A stretch of DNA of 64,000 bases from contig OZ242296.1 of NCBI GenBank assembly GCA_965207735.1, forward strand, positions 2,432,001 through 2,496,000, written 5' to 3'. The position numbers and the translations under genes were made by a program. This DNA comes from Candidatus Versatilivorator sp. (lineage in GTDB: Bacteria; Acidobacteriota; Terriglobia; Versatilivoradales; Versatilivoraceae). Shown in pieces: positions 48,662 to 58,964 of this stretch. Position 1 is the stretch's first letter. The number at the start of each line of letters is the position of its first letter. The notes beneath the pieces were generated by a model. That model was not told where the DNA came from, did not search any database, and saw nothing but the letters and a program-made list of their open reading frames with translations.

Positions 48662-49669
48662 GTGGCCCAGACATCCCGCAGGCGGTTCCTCTCGCAGTTG
48701 GCAGCCGGACAGAACCTGGGGCCGTCTCCCGGCTCTCGGCCCCGCCGGTCCCTGAACGACCTCCGCCAGGTGCTACGCGGTGTTCACAGCTACCTGCCAA
48801 CGCCCTTTCACGCCAATCTCGAGATCGACCCCGAGGGAATGCGACAAAACGCAGCCTTCTACGCCGAGGCTGGAGTCCAGCCGCTGAGCCTGGTGGTGGC
48901 GGCCGGACTGGGCGAGCTGTTCTCGCTCGGCTTCGAGGAACACCGGGAGGTGGTGGGCGCAGCGGCGGCGGGGGCCAACGGCCGGATTCCGGTGGTGGCC
49001 GGCGTTCGAGGGGGCTACCGGTTCGCCTTGCGGATGTCCCGCAACGCCGAGGAGTCCGGCGCCGACGCCATTCTGATCTTTCCTCCCCCCGGGGGGCCTC
49101 AGACCCTGGAGGGCCTGCGGCAGTATTTCACCGAGATTGCCCGCTCGGTAGGCATCGGCGTGCTGATCTACCCGCGGACGCAACAGGACGACTGGTCCAG
49201 TTTGCTGGAGGAGTTGGCGGACATGCCCAATGTACTGGGGTTCAAGGACGGCAGCCGTGGCATCGCCCTGGGCCGATCCCTGGAACCCCGGACTCGGAAG
49301 CGGCTCGTCTGGACGGCCCGGGGGGAAGAGCATGCGCTCCGGGCCCTGCCGGCCGGGGCCACCGCTTACGCCACCTCCTTCGCCTCACTGGCGCCCAAGG
49401 CTTGCCATGAATTCTGGAGGCTGGGCGCCAAGGGAGACGCCAAGGGCATGGAGAGTCTCTTCAGGAAGCGCATTGCGCCCCTGACCACCATCCGCCGTCG
49501 GCTCCCCCTGCCCGACCGCGCTCCGGGTTTCGGGGTCGCCGCCATCAAGGCGGCCCTGCAGGCCCTGGGACGGGCTGGAGGCAGCGTGCGCCCGCCCAAG
49601 CTTCAGGTCGGCGAAACGGCGGGGATCGCTGAGATTGCAGCCAAGTACTCGGAGTTGACCAAGGGATGA
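48662..49669 (+). CDS. DapA/KDG-dehydratase family protein with Tat-like motif
   Basis: GTG start; SRRRFL; TPF, GLGELFSL, LIY, GFKDG Schiff-base lysine. Confidence 0.82.
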   Translation: MAQTSRRRFLSQLAAGQNLGPSPGSRPRRSLNDLRQVLRGVHSYLPTPFHANLEIDPEGMRQNAAFYAEAGVQPLSLVVAAGLGELFSLGFEEHREVVGAAAAGANGRIPVVAGVRGGYRFALRMSRNAEESGADAILIFPPPGGPQTLEGLRQYFTEIARSVGIGVLIYPRTQQDDWSSLLEELADMPNVLGFKDGSRGIALGRSLEPRTRKRLVWTARGEEHALRALPAGATAYATSFASLAPKACHEFWRLGAKGDAKGMESLFRKRIAPLTTIRRRLPLPDRAPGFGVAAIKAALQALGRAGGSVRPPKLQVGETAGIAEIAAKYSELTKG

Positions 49670-50685
49670 TGGAAAACAAGCGGCGCCGGTTCTTGACGAC
49701 CGTCGGCCTGCTGGCAGGAGGAACACTAGCCGCATCGGCAGGCTGTTCCCCAGTTCCCGGGCCCAGGCGTTCCATGGAGGAACTCACCCGGGCCTGCCGG
49801 GGAGTCCACAACTTCCTGACCACCCCCTTCCTGCCCGATGGGGCGCTGGACGTCGAGGGGCTTCGCGGCAACGTGGCCTACCACGCCGAACGGCATCCGG
49901 AGGACATGACCATCGTGGCGACCTGCAACCTGGGGGAGCTCTTCTCGCTCGACCTGGAGGAGCACCAGGCTGCCGGGCGGGCGGCGGTGGAGGGAGCCCA
50001 GGGAAAGATGCCGGTCATCCAGGGTGTGGCGGGCGGCTACCAACTGACCCTGGAGATGGCGCGCAACGCCGAGCGGGCCGGCGTGGACGCTCTCATGCTG
50101 TTTGCCCCCCCTTACGGCAGCTCGACCGCCCAAGGTGTCTACCAGTACATGCACCGGGTGGCCACGGCCGTGCCCATGGGCGTCTTCGTCAACATGTGGC
50201 ACGGCTACGCCGTAGCGGTCGAGGATTACTGGGCACAGGTGATCCGGGAACTCGCCAGGCTTCCCAACGTGATCGGCTTCCAGGACTCCAGCGGCGGCGT
50301 GGAGGTGGGCCACTCGCTGGGAGAGCTGATCCCCGATCGGTTTCTGTGGATTGCCCGAGGAGAAGGCCACGCCGTCAAGGCCCTTCCTGCCGGAGCCCGA
50401 GCCTACACGGCCGCTGTGGCCTGCCTGGCGCCGGAGGCTTGCCGAGCCTTCTGGAAAAAGGGCACCGCCGGCAACCTGGTCGAGATGAACCGGATCCTGG
50501 AGCAACGGATCGCTCCAATGGCCGCCGTGCGCAGCCTGCGGCCCGGCTACAGCGCCGCCGGCATCAAGGTGGCCCTGGAGACGGTGGGAAGAGCCGGAGG
50601 ACCCACCCGGCCTCCCATGGGCCAGGTGGCGTCCGAGGATCGACCCCGGATCGAGACGATCGTCGGGCGCCATGCGGAGTCCTGA
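49666..50685 (+). CDS. DapA-family paralogue lacking the catalytic lysine, Tat lipoprotein
   Basis: RRRFL..ASAGC; TTPF, LGELFSL; GFQDSS instead of GFKD. Confidence 0.8.
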   Translation: MMENKRRRFLTTVGLLAGGTLAASAGCSPVPGPRRSMEELTRACRGVHNFLTTPFLPDGALDVEGLRGNVAYHAERHPEDMTIVATCNLGELFSLDLEEHQAAGRAAVEGAQGKMPVIQGVAGGYQLTLEMARNAERAGVDALMLFAPPYGSSTAQGVYQYMHRVATAVPMGVFVNMWHGYAVAVEDYWAQVIRELARLPNVIGFQDSSGGVEVGHSLGELIPDRFLWIARGEGHAVKALPAGARAYTAAVACLAPEACRAFWKKGTAGNLVEMNRILEQRIAPMAAVRSLRPGYSAAGIKVALETVGRAGGPTRPPMGQVASEDRPRIETIVGRHAES

Positions 50686-50749
50686 GGAGCGCCCCGCCGG
50701 AACGTTTCAATGCGTTATCCCGTATAAGCCCAACCCTCGAGGAGAAACC

Positions 50750-51412
50750 ATGCTCACCCCGGAACTGCGCCAGCGCCTGGCAAACCTGTCCCCGGCCCTT
50801 CTGGCCGACGCCCGCGTCCGGCTGAAGCTTCCCGAAAGCCACCTCGACCCCGGCATCCGGCCGGTGGTCCCCTTCACCACCATGACGGGGACGGCCGTCA
50901 CCGTGGAGCTGGAAGCGGTGGAAGACGAGGCCTCGGCCGACCTGACCCCGCTGCTGGATGCCTATCAGGCCCAGACCCGGCCCGGCTCCATCATGGTCAT
51001 CCAGATCCCCCGCTCCCTTCATGGCCACGGCATCTTTGGAGAGGGGGCCGCTTCCCTGGCGAGAAGACACGGCTTTGCAGGAGCCTTGATCGAGGGAGCG
51101 GTTCGTGACACGCCCGACCTGGCCAGGATGGAGTTTCCGGCCTGGTCGCGGACGGTGGCGCCCGGTTATATCGTGGGCAAGTCCAGGGTGGCCTCGGCCG
51201 GCCAGGCCGTGCGAATCGGCGGACGCACCATTCACCCGGGAGATGCCGTCGCGGCCGACAACGACGGCGTAATCGTCGTCCGGCCCGATGAGCTGGAAGC
51301 GGTGATCGCCCGGGCCGAAGCCATCAAGGAGTGGGAGCAGCGGGTCCACCAGGCAATGAGCGACGGGGCCGACTACCAGGAGATCCTGCGCCGTGCCGGC
51401 CCGATGCCCTGA
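50750..51412 (+). CDS. RraA / HMG aldolase family protein
   Basis: GTAVTV, FGE, EGAVRD, IHPGD...ADNDGVIV; SD GAGGAG. Confidence 0.88.
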   Translation: MLTPELRQRLANLSPALLADARVRLKLPESHLDPGIRPVVPFTTMTGTAVTVELEAVEDEASADLTPLLDAYQAQTRPGSIMVIQIPRSLHGHGIFGEGAASLARRHGFAGALIEGAVRDTPDLARMEFPAWSRTVAPGYIVGKSRVASAGQAVRIGGRTIHPGDAVAADNDGVIVVRPDELEAVIARAEAIKEWEQRVHQAMSDGADYQEILRRAGPMP

Positions 51413-51486
51413 CGGGTGCTGAAGTCGGGCACTTTCCGGGGTCACCCCAGCTTTCCGAAACTTTCAGCTACCAGGAGAAAGAGTCG

Positions 51487-52914
51487 ATGTCCGACAGAGA
51501 GATCTGTTTCCTGACCGCCACCGAGCTGAGCCGGCTCATACGGTCCCGGGAGCTTTCCGCCGGCGAGGTGCTGGAAGCCCACCTGGCTCAGATCGATCGT
51601 CTCAACCCCAAGGTCAACGCCATCGTGACCCTGGTGGCGGACCAAGCCAGGCAACAGGCCCGCGCCGCCGACCAGGCTCTGGCGGCCGGAAATGAAGTCG
51701 GTCCCCTCCACGGCCTTCCCGTGGCCCATAAGGACCTGGTGTGGACCCGGGGGATCCGCACCACCTTCGGCACCCTGGCTTGCAAGGATTTCGTGCCCGC
51801 CCGGGATGCGCTCATCGTGGAACGCCTCAAGCGGGCCGGGGCCGTCACCATCGGCAAGACCAACACCCCCGAATTCGGCGCCGGGTCCCAGACCTTCAAC
51901 CCGGTCTTTGGAGAGACCCTCAACCCCTACGACACTTCCAGGACCTGCGGCGGCAGCAGCGGCGGCGCCGCGGTAGCCCTGGCCTGCGGCATGCAACCCC
52001 TGGCCGACGGGAGCGACACCGGCGGGTCGCTCCGCAACCCGGCCAACTTCTGCAACGTGGTGGGACTGCGCCCCTCCCCGGGACGGGTTCCCATCTGGCC
52101 CAGCCAGGCGGGTTGGTACACCATCGGCGTTCAAGGCCCCATGGCCCGAACCGTCCGGGACGCCGCCCTGATGCTCAGCGCCATCGCGGGCCCCGACCGG
52201 CGCTCGCCCATCTCCATCGCCGAATCGGGAAGCCGATTCGGCGCACCCCTCGAGCGCGACTTCCGGGAGTGCCGCATTGCCTGGAGCCCCACCCTGGGCG
52301 GGTTGCCAGTCGATCCCCGAGTCACCCGGGTCCTCGAAGGCCAGCGGCAGGTCTTTGAGTCCCTGGGATGCCGGGTGGAGGAAGCCACGCCCGATCTCAA
52401 GGACGCCGAGGCGGTGTTCCGGGCCTGGCGGGCCTGGCGCTTCGAGCTCACGCTTTCGGCTTTGAATCCCACACAGCAGTCCCAACTCAAGGACACGCTG
52501 AAGCAGGAAATCGAAGGCGCCAGGAAGCTGAGCGGAGTCGATCTCTCCAGGGCCGAGCTCCAAAGAACCCAGCTCTACCATCGGGTCCGGGAATTCATGG
52601 AGACCTACGAGTTCCTGGTCTGTCCCGTCAACCAGGTCCCCCCTTTCGACGTCAAGAAACCCTACGTGGAGGAGATCAACGGCGTCAGGATGAACACCTA
52701 TATCGACTGGATGCAGTCCTGCTGGACCATTTCGGTGCTGGGCCTGCCGGCCATCTCGGTGCCGGCCGGCTTCACCCCGGAGGGGCTCCCGGTAGGCATC
52801 CAGATCGTGGGCCGCCACCAGGACGATTGGGGAGTGCTGCAACTGGCCCACGCCTACGAGCAGGCCACCGGACTCTGGAAGCGAAGACCGCCCCTGTGCT
52901 CGGACGGAAACTAG
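51487..52914 (+). CDS. Amidase (amidase-signature family)
   Basis: GLPVAHKD, GKTNTPEFG, GGSSGGAA, GSDTGGSLRNPA. Confidence 0.94.
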   Translation: MSDREICFLTATELSRLIRSRELSAGEVLEAHLAQIDRLNPKVNAIVTLVADQARQQARAADQALAAGNEVGPLHGLPVAHKDLVWTRGIRTTFGTLACKDFVPARDALIVERLKRAGAVTIGKTNTPEFGAGSQTFNPVFGETLNPYDTSRTCGGSSGGAAVALACGMQPLADGSDTGGSLRNPANFCNVVGLRPSPGRVPIWPSQAGWYTIGVQGPMARTVRDAALMLSAIAGPDRRSPISIAESGSRFGAPLERDFRECRIAWSPTLGGLPVDPRVTRVLEGQRQVFESLGCRVEEATPDLKDAEAVFRAWRAWRFELTLSALNPTQQSQLKDTLKQEIEGARKLSGVDLSRAELQRTQLYHRVREFMETYEFLVCPVNQVPPFDVKKPYVEEINGVRMNTYIDWMQSCWTISVLGLPAISVPAGFTPEGLPVGIQIVGRHQDDWGVLQLAHAYEQATGLWKRRPPLCSDGN

Positions 52915-53813
52915 TCCCTCCGCCTCCATTCGAAGAAGCCGATCTTCTCCAGGCTCAGTTTTAGCTGGCGGGCGTCGTCGGAGGCGAGGGGAGGGTTGGG
53001 AGGGCGGGGGTCTCCCGAATCCATATCCAGCCACTTGAGAATCTGCTTGAGGGCGCCCAGGACGTTGAATCCGGCCAGCACCCGGACCGTGCGGTTGATG
53101 CCACGCTGCAGTTCCAGGCCCCGCTCCCAGTCGCGGTCCAGGAAGGCGCGGTAGAGGTTCACGAACACCTTCAGCATCACCGGATAGGTGGAACCGATCC
53201 CGCCCACGCAGCCGGCCATCAAGCCGTACCAGAGCACCTGGTCCTCGCCGTTGAACACGATGATCCTGCCATCGTCGATGGCGGCGGTCAGGGTAATCTG
53301 GGACAGATTGCCGCTGGAATCCTTGAGGCCGACCACTCCCGGTATGCGGATGAGCCGCTCGAAGATCCGGGTGTCCAGGTTGAGGGGAATGCGGCCGGGA
53401 ATGTTGTAGGTCAGCACCGGCCGCTCGGCCGCCTCGGCCACCTGCCGGTAGAACTGGACCAGGCCGTCCAGGTCGGGCTGATAGAAATAGGCCGGGGGCA
53501 TGCTGGCCACGGCGTCGGCTCCCGCCCGGCCGGCGTGACGGGCCAGGCTCACCGCGTCGGGAATCTGAAAGGCCCCCACGTGGGCAATGACCGGGACCTT
53601 CCCCTTGACGGCATCCAGGACGATTTCGAGCACCTGCTGCCGCTCGGGCACCGTCAGCAGCAGACCTTCGCCTCCTCCCCCGCAAACGTAAAAGCCGTTC
53701 ACGCCAACGTCCAGGGCGTGCCGAACCAGTTTGCGCAGCCCGGACTCGCTGACGCCGCCCTGGGCGTCAAACGGGGTCATGATGGCCGGATAGATTCCCT
53801 TGAGCTCCTTCAT
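52911..53813 (-). CDS. DapA/N-acetylneuraminate lyase family protein
   Basis: TPF, GFYVCGGGGE, YNIP, GLKDSSG, GGIGSTY. Confidence 0.88.
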   Translation of the reverse strand: MKELKGIYPAIMTPFDAQGGVSESGLRKLVRHALDVGVNGFYVCGGGGEGLLLTVPERQQVLEIVLDAVKGKVPVIAHVGAFQIPDAVSLARHAGRAGADAVASMPPAYFYQPDLDGLVQFYRQVAEAAERPVLTYNIPGRIPLNLDTRIFERLIRIPGVVGLKDSSGNLSQITLTAAIDDGRIIVFNGEDQVLWYGLMAGCVGGIGSTYPVMLKVFVNLYRAFLDRDWERGLELQRGINRTVRVLAGFNVLGALKQILKWLDMDSGDPRPPNPPLASDDARQLKLSLEKIGFFEWRRRD

Positions 53814-53850
53814 GGGTGAGTTACCTCCTTGTCCGCTGCTCCTCGGAGGA

Positions 53851-56703
53851 TCAGCGGTAGTCGACGGACACGGAACGCAGCACCGGGGCGCCGGTGCCGT
53901 TGGGGCCGACCAGCGTTGCCTTGAACTGCAGGAAGCGGGTCGGGGTACCCATTTCTTTCAGCGAAACTCGGCGGCCGGCGTAGAGACTGCCTTCGCCGTC
54001 CGGCCCCCTCCAACCGGCTTGGTGTAGGGCTTCGATGCTGTCGGCCCCTCTCACCTGGAACTCGATGGCCGAGGCAAAGGGCGTTTCCCCTTCCCAACCG
54101 AGGGTCTCGAAGCGCACCGGCGTGCCGGCGTCGAAGACTTCTGAAATGTAGTCGTAGCGGTCCCCTCGATCGGCGACGTGCCCCACGTCCACCCCGGCCA
54201 GGAAATGGGGCCCGAGTCCCGGCAAAAGCTGGCGCCGCTCGGTCGAGAAGCCCTGGGGACTCCCCTCGTAGAGAAAGGACTCGTTGCGGTGGGCGCTCTT
54301 CACCTTGTGGCAGGCGAACAGCAGATCGGTGAGGCCGTCGTTGTTGAAATCGGCGGCCATCACACCCGAACCGGACTGGGTGGGGATGTGGGTGACGCGG
54401 GACCCGTCGAACTCGCCGTCGGCGTTCCAGTAGATGTAAGAGGGGTGGGAGCGGGTCTCGCCCGCATGATAGCTGGTGGCCACGATATCCAGGAGGCCGT
54501 CCCCGTTGAGGTCGGCCACGGCCACCCCTTCCGGTCCCATGGCGGGCAGCCGCGTCACCCGTTCCGCCTCATATCCGCCGACCGCCCCCCAGTAGACGAG
54601 CACGTCGCTCTCGCGGCCTCCCTCGGCTGACATCAGGTTGGTCGCCAGCACCTCCAGCCAGCCGTCCCCGTTGAGGTCGGCGATCTCGGTGGCCACCGCC
54701 AGGCCGGCGGGCAGGGTCTTCCGGTTGCCGTTATCGAAGCCGTCGGGACCGTTCCAGAAGATCACCAGCTCGCGGTTTACCGTCGGAAACACTACGTCCA
54801 GCCAGCCGTCTCGATTGAGATCTGCAATGCTGTGGCAGCGGACACCATCGATCTGAAAAGTGAAGCGATGGTTGTCGGCAAACCCCATGGGACCGCCCCA
54901 GTAGAGGTCGGTTCCATGGCTGGCGGCATATTCGCTGAGGAGCAGGTCCAGGTAGCCGTCCCGATTGAAGTCGGCCGGCCGGGCCGAAAAGGCCATCTCG
55001 GAGGAGACCACGGTCTTGCGGGCCGAGCTGAAGCCCTGGGGCGAACCCCAGTAGACCGCCGATTCAGGACCTCCCATGTAGATGTCCACCCACCCGTCGT
55101 TGTCCAGATCGGCGGAGGAATACCCCTCCCCCGGAGAGCCGAAGGGGTGGTAGAGATCCAGGCGCTGGTCCACGCTGTATTTCCCCTGCTCGTTGCCCCA
55201 GTAGACGTAGGCCGGCACCGGGTCCCCGGCGGATCCGTCGATGCGATTCACGAAGACCAGGTCCTTCTTGCCGTCCCGATCGAAGTCGGCGCTGCCGGCG
55301 GCGGCGGCCCCCAGGGTGGTCAACTCCAGCCGGCGGGCCGTATCGAACCCCGCCGGGCCGCCCCAGTAGACATAGGAGGGCGCCCGGTGGGAACGGGCAT
55401 TGTGCTCGTTGCTGAAGACCAGGTCGGAATGACCGTCACCGTTCAGATCCTCGATGAGACAGTCGGTGGGATTCAGGGTGGGTAGAACGGTTCGGCGGTG
55501 AGGCTCGAATCCCTCGGGGCTGTTCCAGAAGATGGGGGAGCCGCTCCCCGGACCGGGGGCGGCATGGCCGGACTTCTGGGGGCCGTTGGCAAAGACCAGG
55601 TCCGGCATCCCGTCCTTGTCGAGATCTCCCACCGCCACGCTGCTGGCCGCCACGGTGGGCAGCTCCAGGCGGCGCTCGGCGCTGTAGCCCTGGCTGGATC
55701 CCCAGTAGACGAATGAAGGAATGGATTCGCTGTCGACATCGGTATCCCACTCGCTGCGGTCGTCGGGCTCACGCATGAGCGGACGGTAGCGGTTGGCCAG
55801 AACGATCTCGGGGACCTGGTCGCCGTTGAGGTCGGCCAGGGCCACGGCCGAGCTGCGCTGCCCGGGCAGCAGAGTACGCCGGTCTGCAGAATAATTTCCG
55901 CCGGCGCCGCCCCAATAGATCATGGCGCCGCCGAGCTGTGCGCCCTTCCCCTCGTTGGAAAAGACGATCTCGGGAGTTCCGTCCCGGTCGAGGTCGGCGA
56001 CGGCCACACCTGTGGCCGCGGCGGTGGGCAGGGACTGCCGCCGTTCGATGGAAAACCCCTCCTTGGAACCCCAATAGAGAAAGGAGGCGTTCTCGGGTCC
56101 GGATGGCCGTCCGCCGGCCCAGGCGCTGTTGGCGAAGACGATCTCCGGGTAGCCGTCTCCATTGAGGTCGGCGATGGCAGCCGCCATGCCTCCCAGAGTG
56201 GGCAGCTCGGTTCTTCGCCCGGTGTCAAAGCCCTGGGCTCCGCCCCAGTAGATGAAGCTGTCCAGGTTGCTCTTGATCCCGTTGCGTCCATTGACCACCA
56301 CCAGGTCGATGAAGCCGTCCCGGTTGAGGTCGCCCAGGGCCTGGCCGGTTCCGCCGCCGCTGGGAAGACGGGTGCGGCGCCCGACGTGGTTCTCATCCAC
56401 GCCCCAGTAGATGAAGAGATCGATCTGCTCGTTGTTGTCGTGGGTGTTGGGGAGGACGATGTCGATGAAACCGTCGCGGTTGAGGTCCCAGAGGTTGATG
56501 AGCTTCACCTCGCCGGCCGCGGTGACGTAAGTGTTGGCGCCGGCGTCGCCCAGGCTTCCCCGGCTGAAGTCCAGGAAACTGGAGACGGTCCAGCGCTTGG
56601 CGGCGGTTGTGTCTTGGGACCGGTGTCGAGACCCGCCCCACACCAACAGGGCACAGAAAACCACAAGACCCGAAAACATCATTCTCTTAGATGTTGCAGA
56701 CAT
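53851..56703 (-). CDS. Secreted FG-GAP/VCBS repeat protein
   Basis: N-terminal hydrophobic segment; many DLNxDG..D(L/I)V..N and S.(I/V)YWG repeats. Confidence 0.88.
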   Translation of the reverse strand: MSATSKRMMFSGLVVFCALLVWGGSRHRSQDTTAAKRWTVSSFLDFSRGSLGDAGANTYVTAAGEVKLINLWDLNRDGFIDIVLPNTHDNNEQIDLFIYWGVDENHVGRRTRLPSGGGTGQALGDLNRDGFIDLVVVNGRNGIKSNLDSFIYWGGAQGFDTGRRTELPTLGGMAAAIADLNGDGYPEIVFANSAWAGGRPSGPENASFLYWGSKEGFSIERRQSLPTAAATGVAVADLDRDGTPEIVFSNEGKGAQLGGAMIYWGGAGGNYSADRRTLLPGQRSSAVALADLNGDQVPEIVLANRYRPLMREPDDRSEWDTDVDSESIPSFVYWGSSQGYSAERRLELPTVAASSVAVGDLDKDGMPDLVFANGPQKSGHAAPGPGSGSPIFWNSPEGFEPHRRTVLPTLNPTDCLIEDLNGDGHSDLVFSNEHNARSHRAPSYVYWGGPAGFDTARRLELTTLGAAAAGSADFDRDGKKDLVFVNRIDGSAGDPVPAYVYWGNEQGKYSVDQRLDLYHPFGSPGEGYSSADLDNDGWVDIYMGGPESAVYWGSPQGFSSARKTVVSSEMAFSARPADFNRDGYLDLLLSEYAASHGTDLYWGGPMGFADNHRFTFQIDGVRCHSIADLNRDGWLDVVFPTVNRELVIFWNGPDGFDNGNRKTLPAGLAVATEIADLNGDGWLEVLATNLMSAEGGRESDVLVYWGAVGGYEAERVTRLPAMGPEGVAVADLNGDGLLDIVATSYHAGETRSHPSYIYWNADGEFDGSRVTHIPTQSGSGVMAADFNNDGLTDLLFACHKVKSAHRNESFLYEGSPQGFSTERRQLLPGLGPHFLAGVDVGHVADRGDRYDYISEVFDAGTPVRFETLGWEGETPFASAIEFQVRGADSIEALHQAGWRGPDGEGSLYAGRRVSLKEMGTPTRFLQFKATLVGPNGTGAPVLRSVSVDYR

Positions 56704-56888
56704 GGGCTTACTCCTTGCCGGAAACAGACCAGACCTTGTCAGCCGTCAACTGGGTAGAATCCTCGAATGATCGGGCTCCGTCATTCAGTAGCAAGCCTTC
56801 CCGTTTGTCAATAGAATTTCTCAAGTGCCGCCCCTATAATCGGACAAGGAATTCGCTCCTCAGTGGTGCATTTGATCCCAAGCGATCT

Positions 56889-56963
56889 ATGGATCGTGAC
56901 GCCCCACATATCGTGGACATCCTTGGGTCCGCGCGGCTGGTGTAGAGCTACCTCGAAGGGTAA
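56889..56963 (+). pseudogene. N-terminal remnant of a DUF86/HepT-like toxin
   Basis: MDRDAPHIVDILGSARLV*SYLEG* resembles the MxRD..YL.DIL..AR....Y..G start of DUF86 proteins. Confidence 0.4.
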
Positions 56964-57019
56964 AATAATTCCCAACACCACCGTCAACCACTTCACGGTC
57001 AACTATCAGGAGTCTTCCC

Positions 57020-58198
57020 ATGGAAGAAGCCCGCCCCGTCCGGCCGGAGGAACTTGACCAGGCTCTGACCCTGGTGAACAAGGTCTTCAGGACCGGTGTC
57101 GATCAGGACATGTCCACCGACTACCCCCTGGTTTTTGCGCCGGGGAACCTCGACAACCTTCGGGTGGTGTCGGAGGGCGGCCGCATCTTCAGCCATGCGG
57201 CCATGGCGCACCGGGAACTGCGTGAGCACGGCTGCGCGCTTCCCATCAGCATGATTTGCGCCGTGGCCACCGATCCGGAACGCCGGCGGCGCGGTGCCGC
57301 CAGCAGAATCATGGAGGACGCCACCCAGGCCATGGCCGCTCGGGGCGACGCCTTCGGGCTGCTGTGGACCGGACCTGCCAGGGACTTCTACCGTCGCCTG
57401 GGCTGGGAGGTGGTGGGGTCCAACGGCTGGGCCTACCAGGTGGAACCCCGACTGGCCGGCCGGTTCGAGCAGGCTCTGACCGTCCGAGCATTTCAAGCCG
57501 AGACAGACCTGGAACGGATCATCGAGATTCACGAGGCCCAACCCCGCCGGTTGACCCGACCGCAGGCGGAATACCGGACGCTGCTGGGCCTTCCCAATTC
57601 GGAAGTTTGGGTGGCGGTAGAGAAAGGGCAGCCGGAGGGTTATCTGGTAGTTGCCCGGGCTCACAACAAGTCGGGCGTGGTGGAGTGGGGCGGGACCTCA
57701 CGGGCCCTGTCCTCGCTGCTGGCCCGGGTGCTTCCCGAGCCCGCGGGCGAACGGATGCAGGTGTTCGTGCCCCTGCCCGACAATCCCATGACGGAGCTGT
57801 TGACCGGCCGAGGGTGCCACACACGCATCCCCATGGAGGTAGCCGACGGCTGCGGTCTCAAGATGGTGAGAATTCTTTCCCTGGCAAACCTGATGCGGCA
57901 GCTCTCTCCCCATCTGGAGAAGCGCCTGACCGGATGCTCCGGCCAGGTGAGCCTGCGGGTCCGTGAAACGGGCGAGCGCGTGGACTTGAAGTGGGATGGG
58001 GACAACCTGGAGGTTGGTGGCGGCCGGTCTCGCGACCCTCGGAACGGCGCGCAGGAGCTTTCTCTTCGCCAGGCGGCGCGCCTGGTCTTCGGACCCGAAA
58101 AGCCGTCGCAGGTACTCGACCTTTCCAACGAAGCCGGCCAGGGCCTGGACCGGGCCTTCCCCTTCGGTTTCCACATCTGGATGCTGGACTACGTGTGA
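57020..58198 (+). CDS. Eis-like GNAT acetyltransferase
   Basis: VATDPERRRRGAAS, FYRRLGW, SCP2-like C-terminus. Confidence 0.85.
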   Translation: MEEARPVRPEELDQALTLVNKVFRTGVDQDMSTDYPLVFAPGNLDNLRVVSEGGRIFSHAAMAHRELREHGCALPISMICAVATDPERRRRGAASRIMEDATQAMAARGDAFGLLWTGPARDFYRRLGWEVVGSNGWAYQVEPRLAGRFEQALTVRAFQAETDLERIIEIHEAQPRRLTRPQAEYRTLLGLPNSEVWVAVEKGQPEGYLVVARAHNKSGVVEWGGTSRALSSLLARVLPEPAGERMQVFVPLPDNPMTELLTGRGCHTRIPMEVADGCGLKMVRILSLANLMRQLSPHLEKRLTGCSGQVSLRVRETGERVDLKWDGDNLEVGGGRSRDPRNGAQELSLRQAARLVFGPEKPSQVLDLSNEAGQGLDRAFPFGFHIWMLDYV

Positions 58199-58208
58199 GT
58201 TCCGGAGG

Positions 58209-58964
58209 CTATCCCGGCCTGACCGAGGCGACCCTGTCCAGGTAGGCGCGACCGGCCTGCTCAAGCCAGGCGTTGTAGTTGGTCAGAAAGAACCGCACTC
58301 CCAAATCGTAGTAGTGCTGCAGTTTGTCCTCGAAACCCAGCGCGCCCGCCGTCCTTCCCGAAGCCGCGATCTGTCGCATCGCCCCTTCGACCACCGCTTC
58401 CACCTTGGGGTCCCTGTGCCTGCCGGCCATGCCCATGGTCTGGGCCAGATCCCCGGGTGCGACGAAAAAGACATCGATGTGGTCGACCGACAGGATTTCG
58501 TCCAGATTCTCCACCGCCTGCATCTCTTCGATCAGGACGATGACCAGGGTCTCCAGATTGGCCTGCCCAAAATAGTCGGAGCCGCCGTAGGACCTCCTCC
58601 CTGAAAAGATGCCGCGCCGGCCAACCGGCGCAAAATAGGCCGACTCCACCACCTGCTCCGCCTCGGCCCGGGTGCTGACGTGGGGGACCACGATGCCGTT
58701 GGCGCCCAGGTCCAGGGTGCGCGTGATCACTCCGGGATCGTTCTGGTGCAGGCGGGCCACCGAAGCCATTCCCCACAGGTCACAGGCCCTGGAGAGATCG
58801 CCGATTCCTCCCCAGTTCACCGAACCGTGCTCCCCCTCCAGCCAGATCCCGTCAAAGCCCATAGGACCCAGAAAGTCGATGGTGTCGCTGGTATTGCTGT
58901 GCCCTCCGACGGCAATGGCCACCTCACCCTTGTTGAGCTTCTCCTTGACTCGATTCCCTCGCAT
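58209..58964 (-). CDS. HpcH/HpaI aldolase family protein
   Basis: GFD..WLEGEHG, LDLGA.GI.VPHV, LIE, FVAPGDL. Confidence 0.9.
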   Translation of the reverse strand: MRGNRVKEKLNKGEVAIAVGGHSNTSDTIDFLGPMGFDGIWLEGEHGSVNWGGIGDLSRACDLWGMASVARLHQNDPGVITRTLDLGANGIVVPHVSTRAEAEQVVESAYFAPVGRRGIFSGRRSYGGSDYFGQANLETLVIVLIEEMQAVENLDEILSVDHIDVFFVAPGDLAQTMGMAGRHRDPKVEAVVEGAMRQIAASGRTAGALGFEDKLQHYYDLGVRFFLTNYNAWLEQAGRAYLDRVASVRPG

